Assembly (NCBI GenBank): GCA_965261545.1
Contig: CBDHDF010000002.1
Span: forward strand, 288,001-352,000
DNA: 64,000 nucleotides
Reading direction: 5' to 3'
Origin: Bdellovibrionales bacterium
GTDB taxonomy: Bacteria; Bdellovibrionota; Bdellovibrionia; Bdellovibrionales; UBA1609
In this document: in pieces, positions 20,078 to 29,800 of the stretch
Layout of the letters: every line of letters begins with the position of its first letter
How positions within the stretch are numbered: the first letter of the stretch is position 1
The notes under the pieces: model-generated
The model's input: the letters and a program-made list of their open reading frames with translations, nothing else
Databases searched by the model: none
What the model was told of the DNA's origin: nothing
Position numbers and translations under genes: made by a program

Positions 20078-20374
20078 TTATCCATTTGGCTTGACGACTT
20101 CCCATACAGCTAGCCTTAAATGCCCCTTAACTTTGTGTGCAACGCCAACAGCATCAAGTAATGCAAGCCGTTCTAGAGGAATACTATCAATATTTTGGTC
20201 GTCTTCAAATTCTAAGTGAATGACCTTTTTGTGAAGAAACTCCTTCATCTCTGGTCGAATATTTTTGTCAATAGTAACAACCAAAAAATTAAAATGATTG
20301 GCCTTTGTCTTCATAGGCCAAAACCCAAGACTTCGAAGTCTGCTCAATTTCTTGTGTAAAATCTCTAAATCCAT
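20078..20374 (-). CDS. Chimeric passenger ORF inside IS66 whose first 11 codons copy tnpA
   Basis: MDLEILHKKLS vs TnpA MDLEILRKKLS; GAGGAGG RBS lies within the right inverted end. Confidence 0.5.
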   Translation of the reverse strand: MDLEILHKKLSRLRSLGFWPMKTKANHFNFLVVTIDKNIRPEMKEFLHKKVIHLEFEDDQNIDSIPLERLALLDAVGVAHKVKGHLRLAVWEVVKPNG

Positions 20375-20641
20375 ATTTACCTCCTCGTAAGTGGTTATGG
20401 ATTCAGTCTATTACACCTTCAAATTATTGAAAGACGGGGTTCCTGGATGATTTACAGATGAAACCTACCGAATGGAGATAGGTTTTACTGGAAGCGATGA
20501 GGTTTTAGCTCCGCCCTTTGAAGCGATCGGGTTAGATTTAGGGGCACTATGGGATTACGAATAAGCCGTCATTTGCCTAGAATGTTACCCATGAGCAGCT
20601 TGCCTCTTTGGGTTCGTCGCTGTGTCGGGAAAGAGCTTTTC

Positions 20642-21676
20642 TCAGGATTTTATGTTTTTGACTTTTTTACGCAGCTTTTCCACGTCTTTGGAAGTGAGTC
20701 TAGTACATAGACAAATCGCTTCTACCTCAAAGCCATTTTGAATCATTCGTAATGCCATCTCTTCACGACCCTTCTCGAGACCCTTCTCGATACCCTTCTC
20801 GATACCCTTCTCGATACCCTTCTCGATACCCTTCTCGATACCCTTCTCGATACCCTTCTTAAGGCCCTTTCTCATCCCCTTTTCCTCAGCTTCATCCAAA
20901 GAACATTGCAATGCTGACATAACTCTTTGATCCTCCTCGATACTTTCTTTTTCAATCTTACTGAGTACATTTAAAGTAAAATCTGGATCGTTTCGGTGGA
21001 TATAATCCACCGCTTTTTGAATAAGGAACTTTTGATCCTTCTCATCCAAGTTTATACCCATCTGAAACAGCTCCACAATGGTCTCATGGCGAAGTTTCCA
21101 GATACTACTCATTATAAGCAAAATCGGTCTAGAAAGCAAATTCCTGCCAACTCCACGGTAAAGGTTTATATCATGAATATTCAACAACTTACAACGAAAA
21201 TTGAGGATATTCTTCCCAAATTTTTGTCTTAGAACGGGGGTGAGCCCATCCAGAGAATCTTGAAAATTCAGGGGGCCTCTCCAGTGTTTTTGGCGTCCGT
21301 GATAGACCAGTATGGGAATGACTGGATAGTTCCAGCGATTGTAAACAAGGGTCTGGTACCTCAGAATTTGTTGGAGCACTTGAGAATCTTGATGACTTTT
21401 GTGTTCGAGCAGAAAAAAAAGACGCACCCTTTTTTTGGACCCCTTGACTTGAACTGAGAATAAAAGGTCAATACGCCGTTCATTGCCCTCTTCATCTGTA
21501 AAGACAGTTATTTCTGGTTTGAGAGTTTTCCAGTTAAAGAGCTTAAACTCCTGTGTCGTCAAGACAAGACGGAAAATGTCTAGGCAATATCTCTCATTCA
21601 GGAAAGTTTCATTGAATAGAGCATTATGGGCCTGAGACTGTTGTTTTCTTTTTTCTGAGATTTTCTTTGGAGGCAA
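20642..21676 (-). CDS. Rpn-family nuclease, array copy 5; 7 repeats
   Basis: 344 aa, same motifs. Confidence 0.9.
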   Translation of the reverse strand: MPPKKISEKRKQQSQAHNALFNETFLNERYCLDIFRLVLTTQEFKLFNWKTLKPEITVFTDEEGNERRIDLLFSVQVKGSKKRVRLFFLLEHKSHQDSQVLQQILRYQTLVYNRWNYPVIPILVYHGRQKHWRGPLNFQDSLDGLTPVLRQKFGKNILNFRCKLLNIHDINLYRGVGRNLLSRPILLIMSSIWKLRHETIVELFQMGINLDEKDQKFLIQKAVDYIHRNDPDFTLNVLSKIEKESIEEDQRVMSALQCSLDEAEEKGMRKGLKKGIEKGIEKGIEKGIEKGIEKGIEKGLEKGREEMALRMIQNGFEVEAICLCTRLTSKDVEKLRKKVKNIKS

Positions 21677-21918
21677 TGTCAGTCTTTCAAGTGAAGAGGG
21701 TTTTAGATGGGGCGGCTTAAGAAGATTATGGACAAGTGTATGAGCAAGTGAGCGGAGTTATCTGTCCATAAATCATCAAGACAAGGTAAAAGGGGGTGGG
21801 TTCTCCGGTCAAGTCAGATCAAGTCAAAAATTGGAAAGTCATCATTAACTATCATAAAACCGGAGAATTGATTATTCTTATCCTCCTCTCCGATATGGCT
21901 ATCGCCGCCCTCTTCCGC

Positions 21919-22249
21919 TGTAATTGTACCTGACTTAGCAGGTTGGAAAAAAGATCGTCTCCCAAAGCTTCCAGAAACGGCTTATTTTGAGCTACCTCCA
22001 GACTGGGTTTGTGAGGTTTTGTCTCCATCAACAGCTCGTTATGACAGGGTTTCAAAGATGAGGATATATGCCATTAATGAAATCCCTTATTATTGGGTGA
22101 TAGACCCCATCGGTAGAACTTTAGAAATTTTTGTTCTTCAAGATGAAACCTACCGAATGGAGATAGGTTTTACTGGAAGCGATGAGGTTTTAGCTCCGCC
22201 CTTTGAAGCGATCGGGTTAGATTTAGGGGCACTATGGGATTACGAATAA
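21919..22249 (+). pseudogene. 5'-truncated Uma2 fragment (unit 6)
   Basis: As for unit 2. Confidence 0.85.
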
Positions 22250-22326
22250 GCCGTCATTTGCCTAGAATGTTACCCATGAGCAGCTTGCCTCTTTGGGTTC
22301 GTCGCTGTGTCGGGAAAGAGCTTTTC

Positions 22327-23313
22327 TCAGGATTTTATGTTTTTGACTTTTTTACGCAGCTTTTCCACGTCTTTGGAAGTGAGTCTAGTACATAGACAAA
22401 TCGCTTCTACCTCAAAGCCATTTTGAATCATTCGTAATGCCATCTCTTCACGACCCTTCTCGATACCCTTCTCGATACCCTTCTCGATACCCTTCTTAAG
22501 GCCCTTTCTCATCCCCTTTTCCTCAGCTTCATCCAAAGAACATTGCAATGCTGACATAACTCTTTGATCCTCCTCGATACTTTCTTTTTCAATCTTACTG
22601 AGTACATTTAAAGTAAAATCTGGATCGTTTCGGTGGATATAATCCACCGCTTTTTGAATAAGGAACTTTTGATCCTTCTCATCCAAGTTTATACCCATCT
22701 GAAACAGCTCCACAATGGTCTCATGGCGAAGCCTCCAGATACTACTCATTATAAGCAAAATCGGCCTAGAAAGCAAATTCCTGCCAACTCCACGGTAAAG
22801 GTTTATATCATGAATATTCAACAACTTACAACGAAAATTGAGGATATTCTTCCCAAATTTTTGTCTTAGAACGGGGGTGAGCCCATCCAGAGAATCTTGA
22901 AAATTCAGGGGGCCTCTCCAGTGTTTTTGGCGTCCGTGATAGACCAGTATGGGAATGACTGGATAGTTCCAGCGATTGTAAACAAGGGTCTGGTACCTCA
23001 GAATTTGTTGGAGCACTTGAGAATCTTGATGACTTTTGTGTTCGAGCAGAAAAAAAAGACGCATCCTTTTTTTGGACCCCTTGACTTGAACTGAGAATAA
23101 AAGGTCAATACGCCGTTCATTGCCCTCTTCATCTGTAAAGACAGTTATTTCTGGTTTGAGAGTTTTCCAGTTAAAGAGCTTAAACTCCTGTGTCGTCAAG
23201 ACAAGACGGAAAATGTCTAGGCAATATCTCTCATTCAGGAAAGTTTCATTGAATAGAGCATTATGGGCCTGAGACTGTTGTTTTCTTTTTTCTGAGATTT
23301 TCTTTGGAGGCAA
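22327..23313 (-). CDS. Rpn-family nuclease, array copy 6; 3 repeats
   Basis: 328 aa, same motifs. Confidence 0.9.
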   Translation of the reverse strand: MPPKKISEKRKQQSQAHNALFNETFLNERYCLDIFRLVLTTQEFKLFNWKTLKPEITVFTDEEGNERRIDLLFSVQVKGSKKRMRLFFLLEHKSHQDSQVLQQILRYQTLVYNRWNYPVIPILVYHGRQKHWRGPLNFQDSLDGLTPVLRQKFGKNILNFRCKLLNIHDINLYRGVGRNLLSRPILLIMSSIWRLRHETIVELFQMGINLDEKDQKFLIQKAVDYIHRNDPDFTLNVLSKIEKESIEEDQRVMSALQCSLDEAEEKGMRKGLKKGIEKGIEKGIEKGREEMALRMIQNGFEVEAICLCTRLTSKDVEKLRKKVKNIKS

Positions 23314-23544
23314 TGTCAGTCTTTCAAGTGAAGAGGGTTTTAGATGGGGCGGCTTAAGAAGATTATGGACAAGTGAGCGGAGTTATCTGTCCATAAATCA
23401 TCAAGACAAGGTAAAAGGGGGTGGGTTCTCCGGTCAAGTCAGATCAAGTCAAAAATTGGAAAGTCATCATTAACTATCATAAAACCGGAGAATTGATTAT
23501 TCTTATCCTCCTCTCCGATATGGCTATCGCCGCCCTCTTCCGCT

Positions 23545-23874
23545 GTGATTGTACCTGACTTAGCAGGTTGGAAAAAAGATCGTCTCCCAAAGCTTCCAGA
23601 AACGGCTTATTTTGAGCTACCTCCAGACTGGGTTTGTGAGGTTTTGTCTCCATCAACAGCTCGTTATGACAGGGTTTCAAAGATGAGGATATATGCCATT
23701 AATGAAATCCCTTATTATTGGGTGATAGACCCCATCGGTAGAACTTTAGAAATTTTTGTTCTTCAAGATGAAACCTACCGAATGGAGATAGGTTTTACTG
23801 GAAGCGATGAGGTTTTAGCTCCGCCCTTTGAAGCGATCGGGTTAGATTTAGGGGCACTATGGGATTACGAATAA
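23545..23874 (+). pseudogene. 5'-truncated Uma2 fragment (unit 7; retains an in-frame GTG)
   Basis: 109-aa ORF IVPDLAGW...LWDYE. Confidence 0.8.
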
Positions 23875-23951
23875 GCCGTCATTTGCCTAGAATGTTACCC
23901 ATGAGCAGCTTGCCTCTTTGGGTTCGTCGCTGTGTCGGGAAAGAGCTTTTC

Positions 23952-24998
23952 TCAGGATTTTATGTTTTTGACTTTTTTACGCAGCTTTTCCACGTCTTTG
24001 GAAGTGAGTCTAGTACATAGACAAATCGCTTCTACCTCAAAGCCATTTTGAATCATTCGTAATGCCATCTCTTCACGACCCTTCTCGATACCCTTCTCGA
24101 TACCCTTCTCGATACCCTTCTCGATACCCTTCTCAAGACCCTTTTCGATACCCTTCTCGATACCCTTCTCGATACCCTTCTTAAGGCCCTTTCTCATCCC
24201 CTTTTCCTCAGCTTCATCCAAAGAACATTGCAATGCTGACATAACTCTTTGATCCTCCTCGATACTTTCTTTTTCAATCTTACTGAGTACATTTAAAGTA
24301 AAATCTGGATCGTTTCGGTGGATATAATCCACCGCTTTTTGAATAAGGAACTTTTGATCCTTCTCATCCAAGTTTATACCCATCTGAAACAACTCCACAA
24401 TGGTCTCATGGCGAAGCTTCCAGATACTACTCATTATAAGCAAAATCGGCCTAGAAAGCAAATTCCTGCCAACTCCACGGTAAAGGTTTATATCATGAAT
24501 ATTCAACAACTTACAACGAAAATTGAGGATATTCTTCCCAAATTTTTGTCTTAGAACGGGGGTGAGCCCATCCAGAGAATCTTGAAAATTCAGGGGGCCT
24601 CTCCAGTGTTTTTGGCGTCCGTGATAGACCAGTATGGGAATGACTGGATAGTTCCAGCGATTGTAAACAAGGGTCTGGTACCTCAGAATTTGTTGGAGCA
24701 CTTGAGAATCCTGATGACTTTTGTGTTCGAGCAGAAAAAAAAGACGCACCCTTTTTTTGGACCCCTTGACTTGAACTGAGAATAAAAGGTCAATACGCCG
24801 TTCATTGCCCTCTTCATCTGTAAAGACAGTTATTTCTGGTTTGAGAGTTTTCCAGTTAAAGAGCTTAAACTCCTGTGTCGTCAAGACAAGACGGAAAATG
24901 TCTAGGCAATATCTCTCATTCAGGAAAGTTTCATTGAATAGAGCATTATGGGCCTGAGACTGTTGTTTTCTTTTTTCTGAGATTTTCTTTGGAGGCAA
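23952..24998 (-). CDS. Rpn-family nuclease, array copy 7; 8 repeats
   Basis: 348 aa, same motifs. Confidence 0.9.
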   Translation of the reverse strand: MPPKKISEKRKQQSQAHNALFNETFLNERYCLDIFRLVLTTQEFKLFNWKTLKPEITVFTDEEGNERRIDLLFSVQVKGSKKRVRLFFLLEHKSHQDSQVLQQILRYQTLVYNRWNYPVIPILVYHGRQKHWRGPLNFQDSLDGLTPVLRQKFGKNILNFRCKLLNIHDINLYRGVGRNLLSRPILLIMSSIWKLRHETIVELFQMGINLDEKDQKFLIQKAVDYIHRNDPDFTLNVLSKIEKESIEEDQRVMSALQCSLDEAEEKGMRKGLKKGIEKGIEKGIEKGLEKGIEKGIEKGIEKGIEKGREEMALRMIQNGFEVEAICLCTRLTSKDVEKLRKKVKNIKS

Positions 24999-25220
24999 TG
25001 TCAGTCTTTCAAGTGAAGAGGGTTTTAGATGGGGCGGCTTAAGAAGATTATGGACAAGTGTATGAGCAAGTGAGCGGAGTTATCTGTCCATAAATCATCA
25101 AGACAAGATAAAAGGGGGTGGGTTCTCCGGTCAAGTCAGATCAAGTCAAAAATTGGAAAGTCATCATTAACTATCATAAAACCGGAGAATTGATTATTCT
25201 TATCCTCCTCTCCGATATGG

Positions 25221-26504
25221 CTATCGCCGCCCTCTTCCGCCATTGCTATCATCGTCCTCGCCATCCCGATTGTCCTCGCTATCCTCTTCGGTCATGGTTA
25301 TCGCCCATCCCCCATTGCCACTATCATCCTCGTCATGACTATCTTCCTCGTCGGTGATAATTCGTGGTCTTCGCCACCACCACCATCGATTATCACTATT
25401 ATCATTATCATCGTCATCTAGGAATCTTCCAAAATACTTTTGCCAGATAATTTGTGGGTTTTGCTGCCTCTTTTCAGTGCGTTTGATTCTGGCTCTTCGT
25501 CTGTGTTTTGGTTTTGGTTTTTGTTTGTCCAGACGTTTTCTTTTTTCTTCCTCGGCTTTTGCTTTGGCTTGAGCTCGGGCTCTTGCCTCCCCATATTCTT
25601 CAAATTCCTCGGCCCCATATTTGTTGCTTCGGAGAAGCCATGGGGGGGTGTAGTAGGGGGGAATTTCTTTATCGTAGAGGGGGAATTTTGGAAGTCGATG
25701 TGGTGGGTCGAAGTATTTCTTAACGATCTTGTTCCACAGGCTCGCAAGACAAACGAGAGAGCAAAATGTGGGAGCCAATATGGGGAAGTAGGCTTCAGTG
25801 AGAAAGAGGGAGGCCGTTAATATGAGGAGGAGTAACCATATAAAGCTTAGGTAGATCCATATATTTGTTATGTCTGTGATCGTGGGGACCCGGTGACGCC
25901 AAAAACAATACCAAATGTACACATAGGCGGGGATTCCCAAGGGAATGGCCGCGACCACAAAAACAAAGCCCGGGAGAGCTGTGCCTAGGAAGGAGGGATA
26001 CAAAAGGGAAGTCACCAAGGGAATGGCAGGTATGACAATATACCAAATGGTGACCTTGTGCCTATAATAGCCTTTCAACCGGGGGCCAATGAAAATCAGA
26101 TGCAAAAGGCAAAGGAGGGAGAAGGCTGAGGTCAAGTAAACATTTTTAAAGAAGGTGTGAAAGGGGATGATGAAGAGAGCGACTGGTAGGAGGGCATGGG
26201 TAGTAATGATTTCAAAGCTCATAAGAGCATAGGAAAAAAACCTGATTTTTTGAGATAAGAAGACCAGGGTGATTATTTCATAAACAATGAGTATTTGTAT
26301 AAATTCTGGGAGGTTGTGTTTAAGTATGAAGCTAAAATCTTGATGGGATTGACCTGACTGGACCCACCAGAGTTCAAGGAGGTGACCTAAGATAAAGCAC
26401 ATGTAGAGAATTTGGCTGAGTTTCCAGCCCCATTCAACCCTCTCTCTTCTCAGGCGAGGAGAAAGCGGAAGGTGCCTTTTGGGTATGGGAGGTTTTTCAA
26501 GCAA
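25221..26504 (-). CDS. Hypothetical multi-pass membrane protein with charged low-complexity C-terminus (start uncertain)
   Basis: 427-aa ORF with about 8-9 hydrophobic segments, then basic and Asp-rich tracts; downstream of the Rhs gene. Confidence 0.6.
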   Translation of the reverse strand: MLEKPPIPKRHLPLSPRLRRERVEWGWKLSQILYMCFILGHLLELWWVQSGQSHQDFSFILKHNLPEFIQILIVYEIITLVFLSQKIRFFSYALMSFEIITTHALLPVALFIIPFHTFFKNVYLTSAFSLLCLLHLIFIGPRLKGYYRHKVTIWYIVIPAIPLVTSLLYPSFLGTALPGFVFVVAAIPLGIPAYVYIWYCFWRHRVPTITDITNIWIYLSFIWLLLLILTASLFLTEAYFPILAPTFCSLVCLASLWNKIVKKYFDPPHRLPKFPLYDKEIPPYYTPPWLLRSNKYGAEEFEEYGEARARAQAKAKAEEEKRKRLDKQKPKPKHRRRARIKRTEKRQQNPQIIWQKYFGRFLDDDDNDNSDNRWWWWRRPRIITDEEDSHDEDDSGNGGWAITMTEEDSEDNRDGEDDDSNGGRGRR

Positions 26505-26867
26505 GGGCCATCTCCACTTCGAGAGGACAAAGTGAAGTGGACTCCCCCATTCTTCCCCTCTTAGCTAAGGGGAAAGCCCCTTTTACCTTCCTCTTTTATT
26601 ATTCTTTTGTGGGCCCCTTAGACTTAACTTTAATTATAATCTATTATTTTTCATGGAGCAAATTTTCGCTTTTACTTGGAGTTTCTTAGCTCTTTATTTT
26701 GACTTTTGTTGAGGGTCTTTTGGGGGGGGCTTCTCGGTGTTGTTGATGGATGAGGCACAGGGAATTCATCTGGTGAACTCCCGGCCTTTTGTAATTACTT
26801 TATCTCTTATGATCTTTTCATTTTTTCTTCTTGTGATCACCTGTTTTTTGTAGCCACCACACCTTCA

Positions 26868-29800
26868 CTATTTTTTCTTCTTTTTAGGTGCAGGTGTGCG
26901 AGGAGGAACGGGAAGACCTGGTGGATTCCTGCGGAGAATGGCACAATTGTTATAGCAATACACATGGCAGCCTGCTATGGAATTATCAGCGGTGCTATCT
27001 GTGCGAGGATCTGGAAAGCATTTCGGTGGGGGAGCCGTATCTTTGTCAGCTTTGTCACAATCTTGAGTGCATTGTCGTATGCACCTTGTGGCTCCCTCCC
27101 AATCATTATCTTTTTTGGGGTTGGGGTCGGGGGGTTTCGGGAAGTTGTTGCAAAGCCAAGGAGCTTGTCGACAATAGTAGGTCCCACCACTTTCTTTGCA
27201 TCTCTTGGTGTAGTACTCACAGCTATTGGTTCCATAGAGTCCAAAGGGGTCCTTAAGGTTGGTGGGATTGTTGGCGGCGTAGGTATAAAAATTGTGACCG
27301 CCATTGAAGCCAAGGGAGTCGGCGCTGAGAAAGCGTCCCATTTCAGGGTCATAGTATCGAGAGCGGTAGTAATAAAGTCCTGTTTCAGGGTCAAATTCTC
27401 GACCTGTGTAGGTGAAGGGGTTTGGTAGGTATTTCGGACTGCTGGGTGTGATGACATTGTTTTGGCCATCGTAGATGGTCATTTTGCCATAGGCATCGTA
27501 GACATACCTTTGCACCACATCCCCTGAAAAATTGGTGATCTCTGTGATATTTCCCAACTTGTCAGCGTGGTAGTGGAAGTACTGCTCTTGGAATGAGGCA
27601 TTGTAGTAGGGATTGCGACCTTGGCGTATCATTCGGAAAGGTTGATCCACCTCGACCCCGTGGATGTATTTGGCATTGGGAAAATCTCCAGTGGGGTATC
27701 TTTCAAATTCTAGAAATATGTTTTTTCGATCGTAGACATACATGATGATGGTTCCATTGACATTTTTATGAACTCTGCGATTCAAAGGGTCGTATTTGTA
27801 GGAAATAGTTTTTGTGGCCGTGGTACTATCGGCAGAACTTTTTTCTTTGACACCGATGAGCCTATTTTTGTAATCCCATTGATACTCGGTGACTTTGCTA
27901 GAGGCTGTATGGGTTCTCTTTGTGAGGTTGCCGTTGTGATCGTAGATATAGGTGTATTTCTTATCATTGGTGAGTTCATTGTTGTCGTTAAAAGTGGAGT
28001 TCACCGTTTCACCATCTCGCTGGAGCCTGTTCCCCAAGGCATCGTAGGCGAAGGTTTCTGACCCCGTACCTATGGGCTTGGTGGCAGAAATCAATCGGTT
28101 GAGATTGTCGTAGCTGTAGGTGAGTGAGGAGTTGATGGAGGGCGTGGTGGTAGCGGTGGTGGAGCCGGAGCTTGTGCCTGCGCTTGTGAGAGTGCCTCTT
28201 GAGGTGGTCAGGCTTGTGATGTGGTCATTGAGGTTGTAAGCGTACCTAAAGGAGGAAAGGGTTTTGGTGACGGTGGCGATGTTTGTGGTGGAGGTGGAGC
28301 CAGGAGGTGGAGCAGAAACTTCAATATGTTGATGTCGGACATCATAGAGCTGATTGGGTTTTCCTGCGAAATAGGAGAAGGTGGTTGTGGGTACTTCTCC
28401 AGGATAGTTGATGCGAGAGATTCTCTGGAGGTGGTCATAGCGAAATCTCAATGAATGGGTACTCGGTAGGGGGTGATGGCCTAGTTCGATAACGCGATTA
28501 TTCTTGTTGTATTTGTAATAAGCCTTGCTATAGGAGTTGTAGTTACTTCCAACACTAGTAACACTTATGACATTGTTATTGCCATCATACCCATAGGTAA
28601 GTTTCACCCTAGGTTGAGTGGGTGTTGTGCCCGTGGCAACAGTGAGAACCCTTCCTGAACCATCATAGGTGTAGTTAAGAGAGGTGTCCCCGTTGGACAT
28701 AGAGAGAACATTTCCATTGGCGGAGTAGGTATAGGCTTCACTGGTGTTATCGGGGTAGAGAATATTTGTAAGCCTATTGAGGGTATCATACTGGTAGGTG
28801 ATGCGAGCGCCATTTCTATCCTGTCGTTCCACCATATTATTATTTCCATCATAGGAGATGGTTTCTGTGCGCCCCAAGGGATTGATCATTCCAACCAGTC
28901 TATTGAGATTGTCGTAGGTAAAAGAAGTGTTGTGCCCTCTTTGGTCATTGAGAGAGGCTAAATTTCCCATAGCATCATAGGTCATGTTGAGAACTCCTCC
29001 CATGGCATCGGTTTGGGTCAACATTCTATTGAGAGAGTCATGGGTAAAAGTGATTGTATTTCCCAGAGTATCTGATTGGGTGAGGAGATTTCCTGCATTG
29101 TCGTAGGTGAGCCTTGCGAAGATGCGATTTAAAATCGAAATATCTTTGACAGTGCTCAGGCGGCCATTGGTATCGTGTTCGTAGCGATACCCTTCATAGG
29201 GCCCAATTTGTAGAGATTCTAGTTGATAGAGGTTTCTATAGGTCATGACAGCATTTCTATTCTCAGGGCTTCTAATACTTGTTATATTGCCATAGTTATC
29301 ATATTGAAAAGTAGTGACATTGCCCCTTTCATCGGTGATAGTGAGGGGTTGGTGAAAGTTAGTGGAGGGGTCTGCCATATAGGTGTAATGAATGGTGCCT
29401 GTGGGTTTTGTGATGGAGAGAACATTTCTATGGGTATCCCGAGGCATGCTGTAGACATTTCCACTTTCATCAGTGGTGCTTGTAACATTGTTATTACTAT
29501 CTCTCACAGTTGTTGTTTGCCCTCCCATGGGGTTGCGAGTTTGGATAATGGCACCAAAGGCATTGGTTTTCATGCGAGTTTCACCGCCTTTAGGATCTAT
29601 AAAGGAGGACGTGAGTTGTTCTTCAAAAAGGGCTGCGAAATTTGAATCTGAAGGGTTGCTACCTAGAAACTTAGAGTTGGCCGATTGAATTTTGACCGTG
29701 GCATTGTCGGGGCGAATGTACTGTGTAACATTTCCCATTTTGCCATAGGTGTAGTTCTTTGTTCGTCCCAACTTATCAGATTGAGAGGTCATAGCTCCGT

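Larger units (their letters stand above)
17535..20455 (+). mobile_element. IS66-family insertion sequence with ~120-bp inverted ends
   Basis: Ends GTAAATCATC(G/C)AGGAACCCCGTC; 8-bp TSD AGATGAAA; tnpA-tnpB-tnpC order. Confidence 0.92.
17305..20564 (+). pseudogene. 5'-truncated Uma2 fragment (unit 5) interrupted by IS66
   Basis: Uma2 sequence breaks at 17534 and resumes after the TSD at 20464. Confidence 0.85.
10469..25240. repeat. Seven-unit tandem amplification (~1.7 kb unit: Uma2 3' half + convergent Rpn gene + upstream region)
   Basis: Units 10469-12189, 12190-13922, 13923-15631, 15632-17304, 17305-21918 (with IS66), 21919-23543, 23544-25240; shared junction CTCTTCCGC|TGT(A/G)ATTGTACC. 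Confidence 0.95.

Noticed and set aside
10469..25240. Array as a pure assembly artefact
   Set aside because: Units have distinct repeat counts, private SNPs and indels, and a unique IS66 insertion with TSD. An artefact is unlikely, though only reads can exclude it.
26430..26590. REP-like purine/pyrimidine hairpins at the start of the 25221-26504 ORF
   Set aside because: Too degenerate to define boundaries; noted only as a reason the start codon is uncertain.
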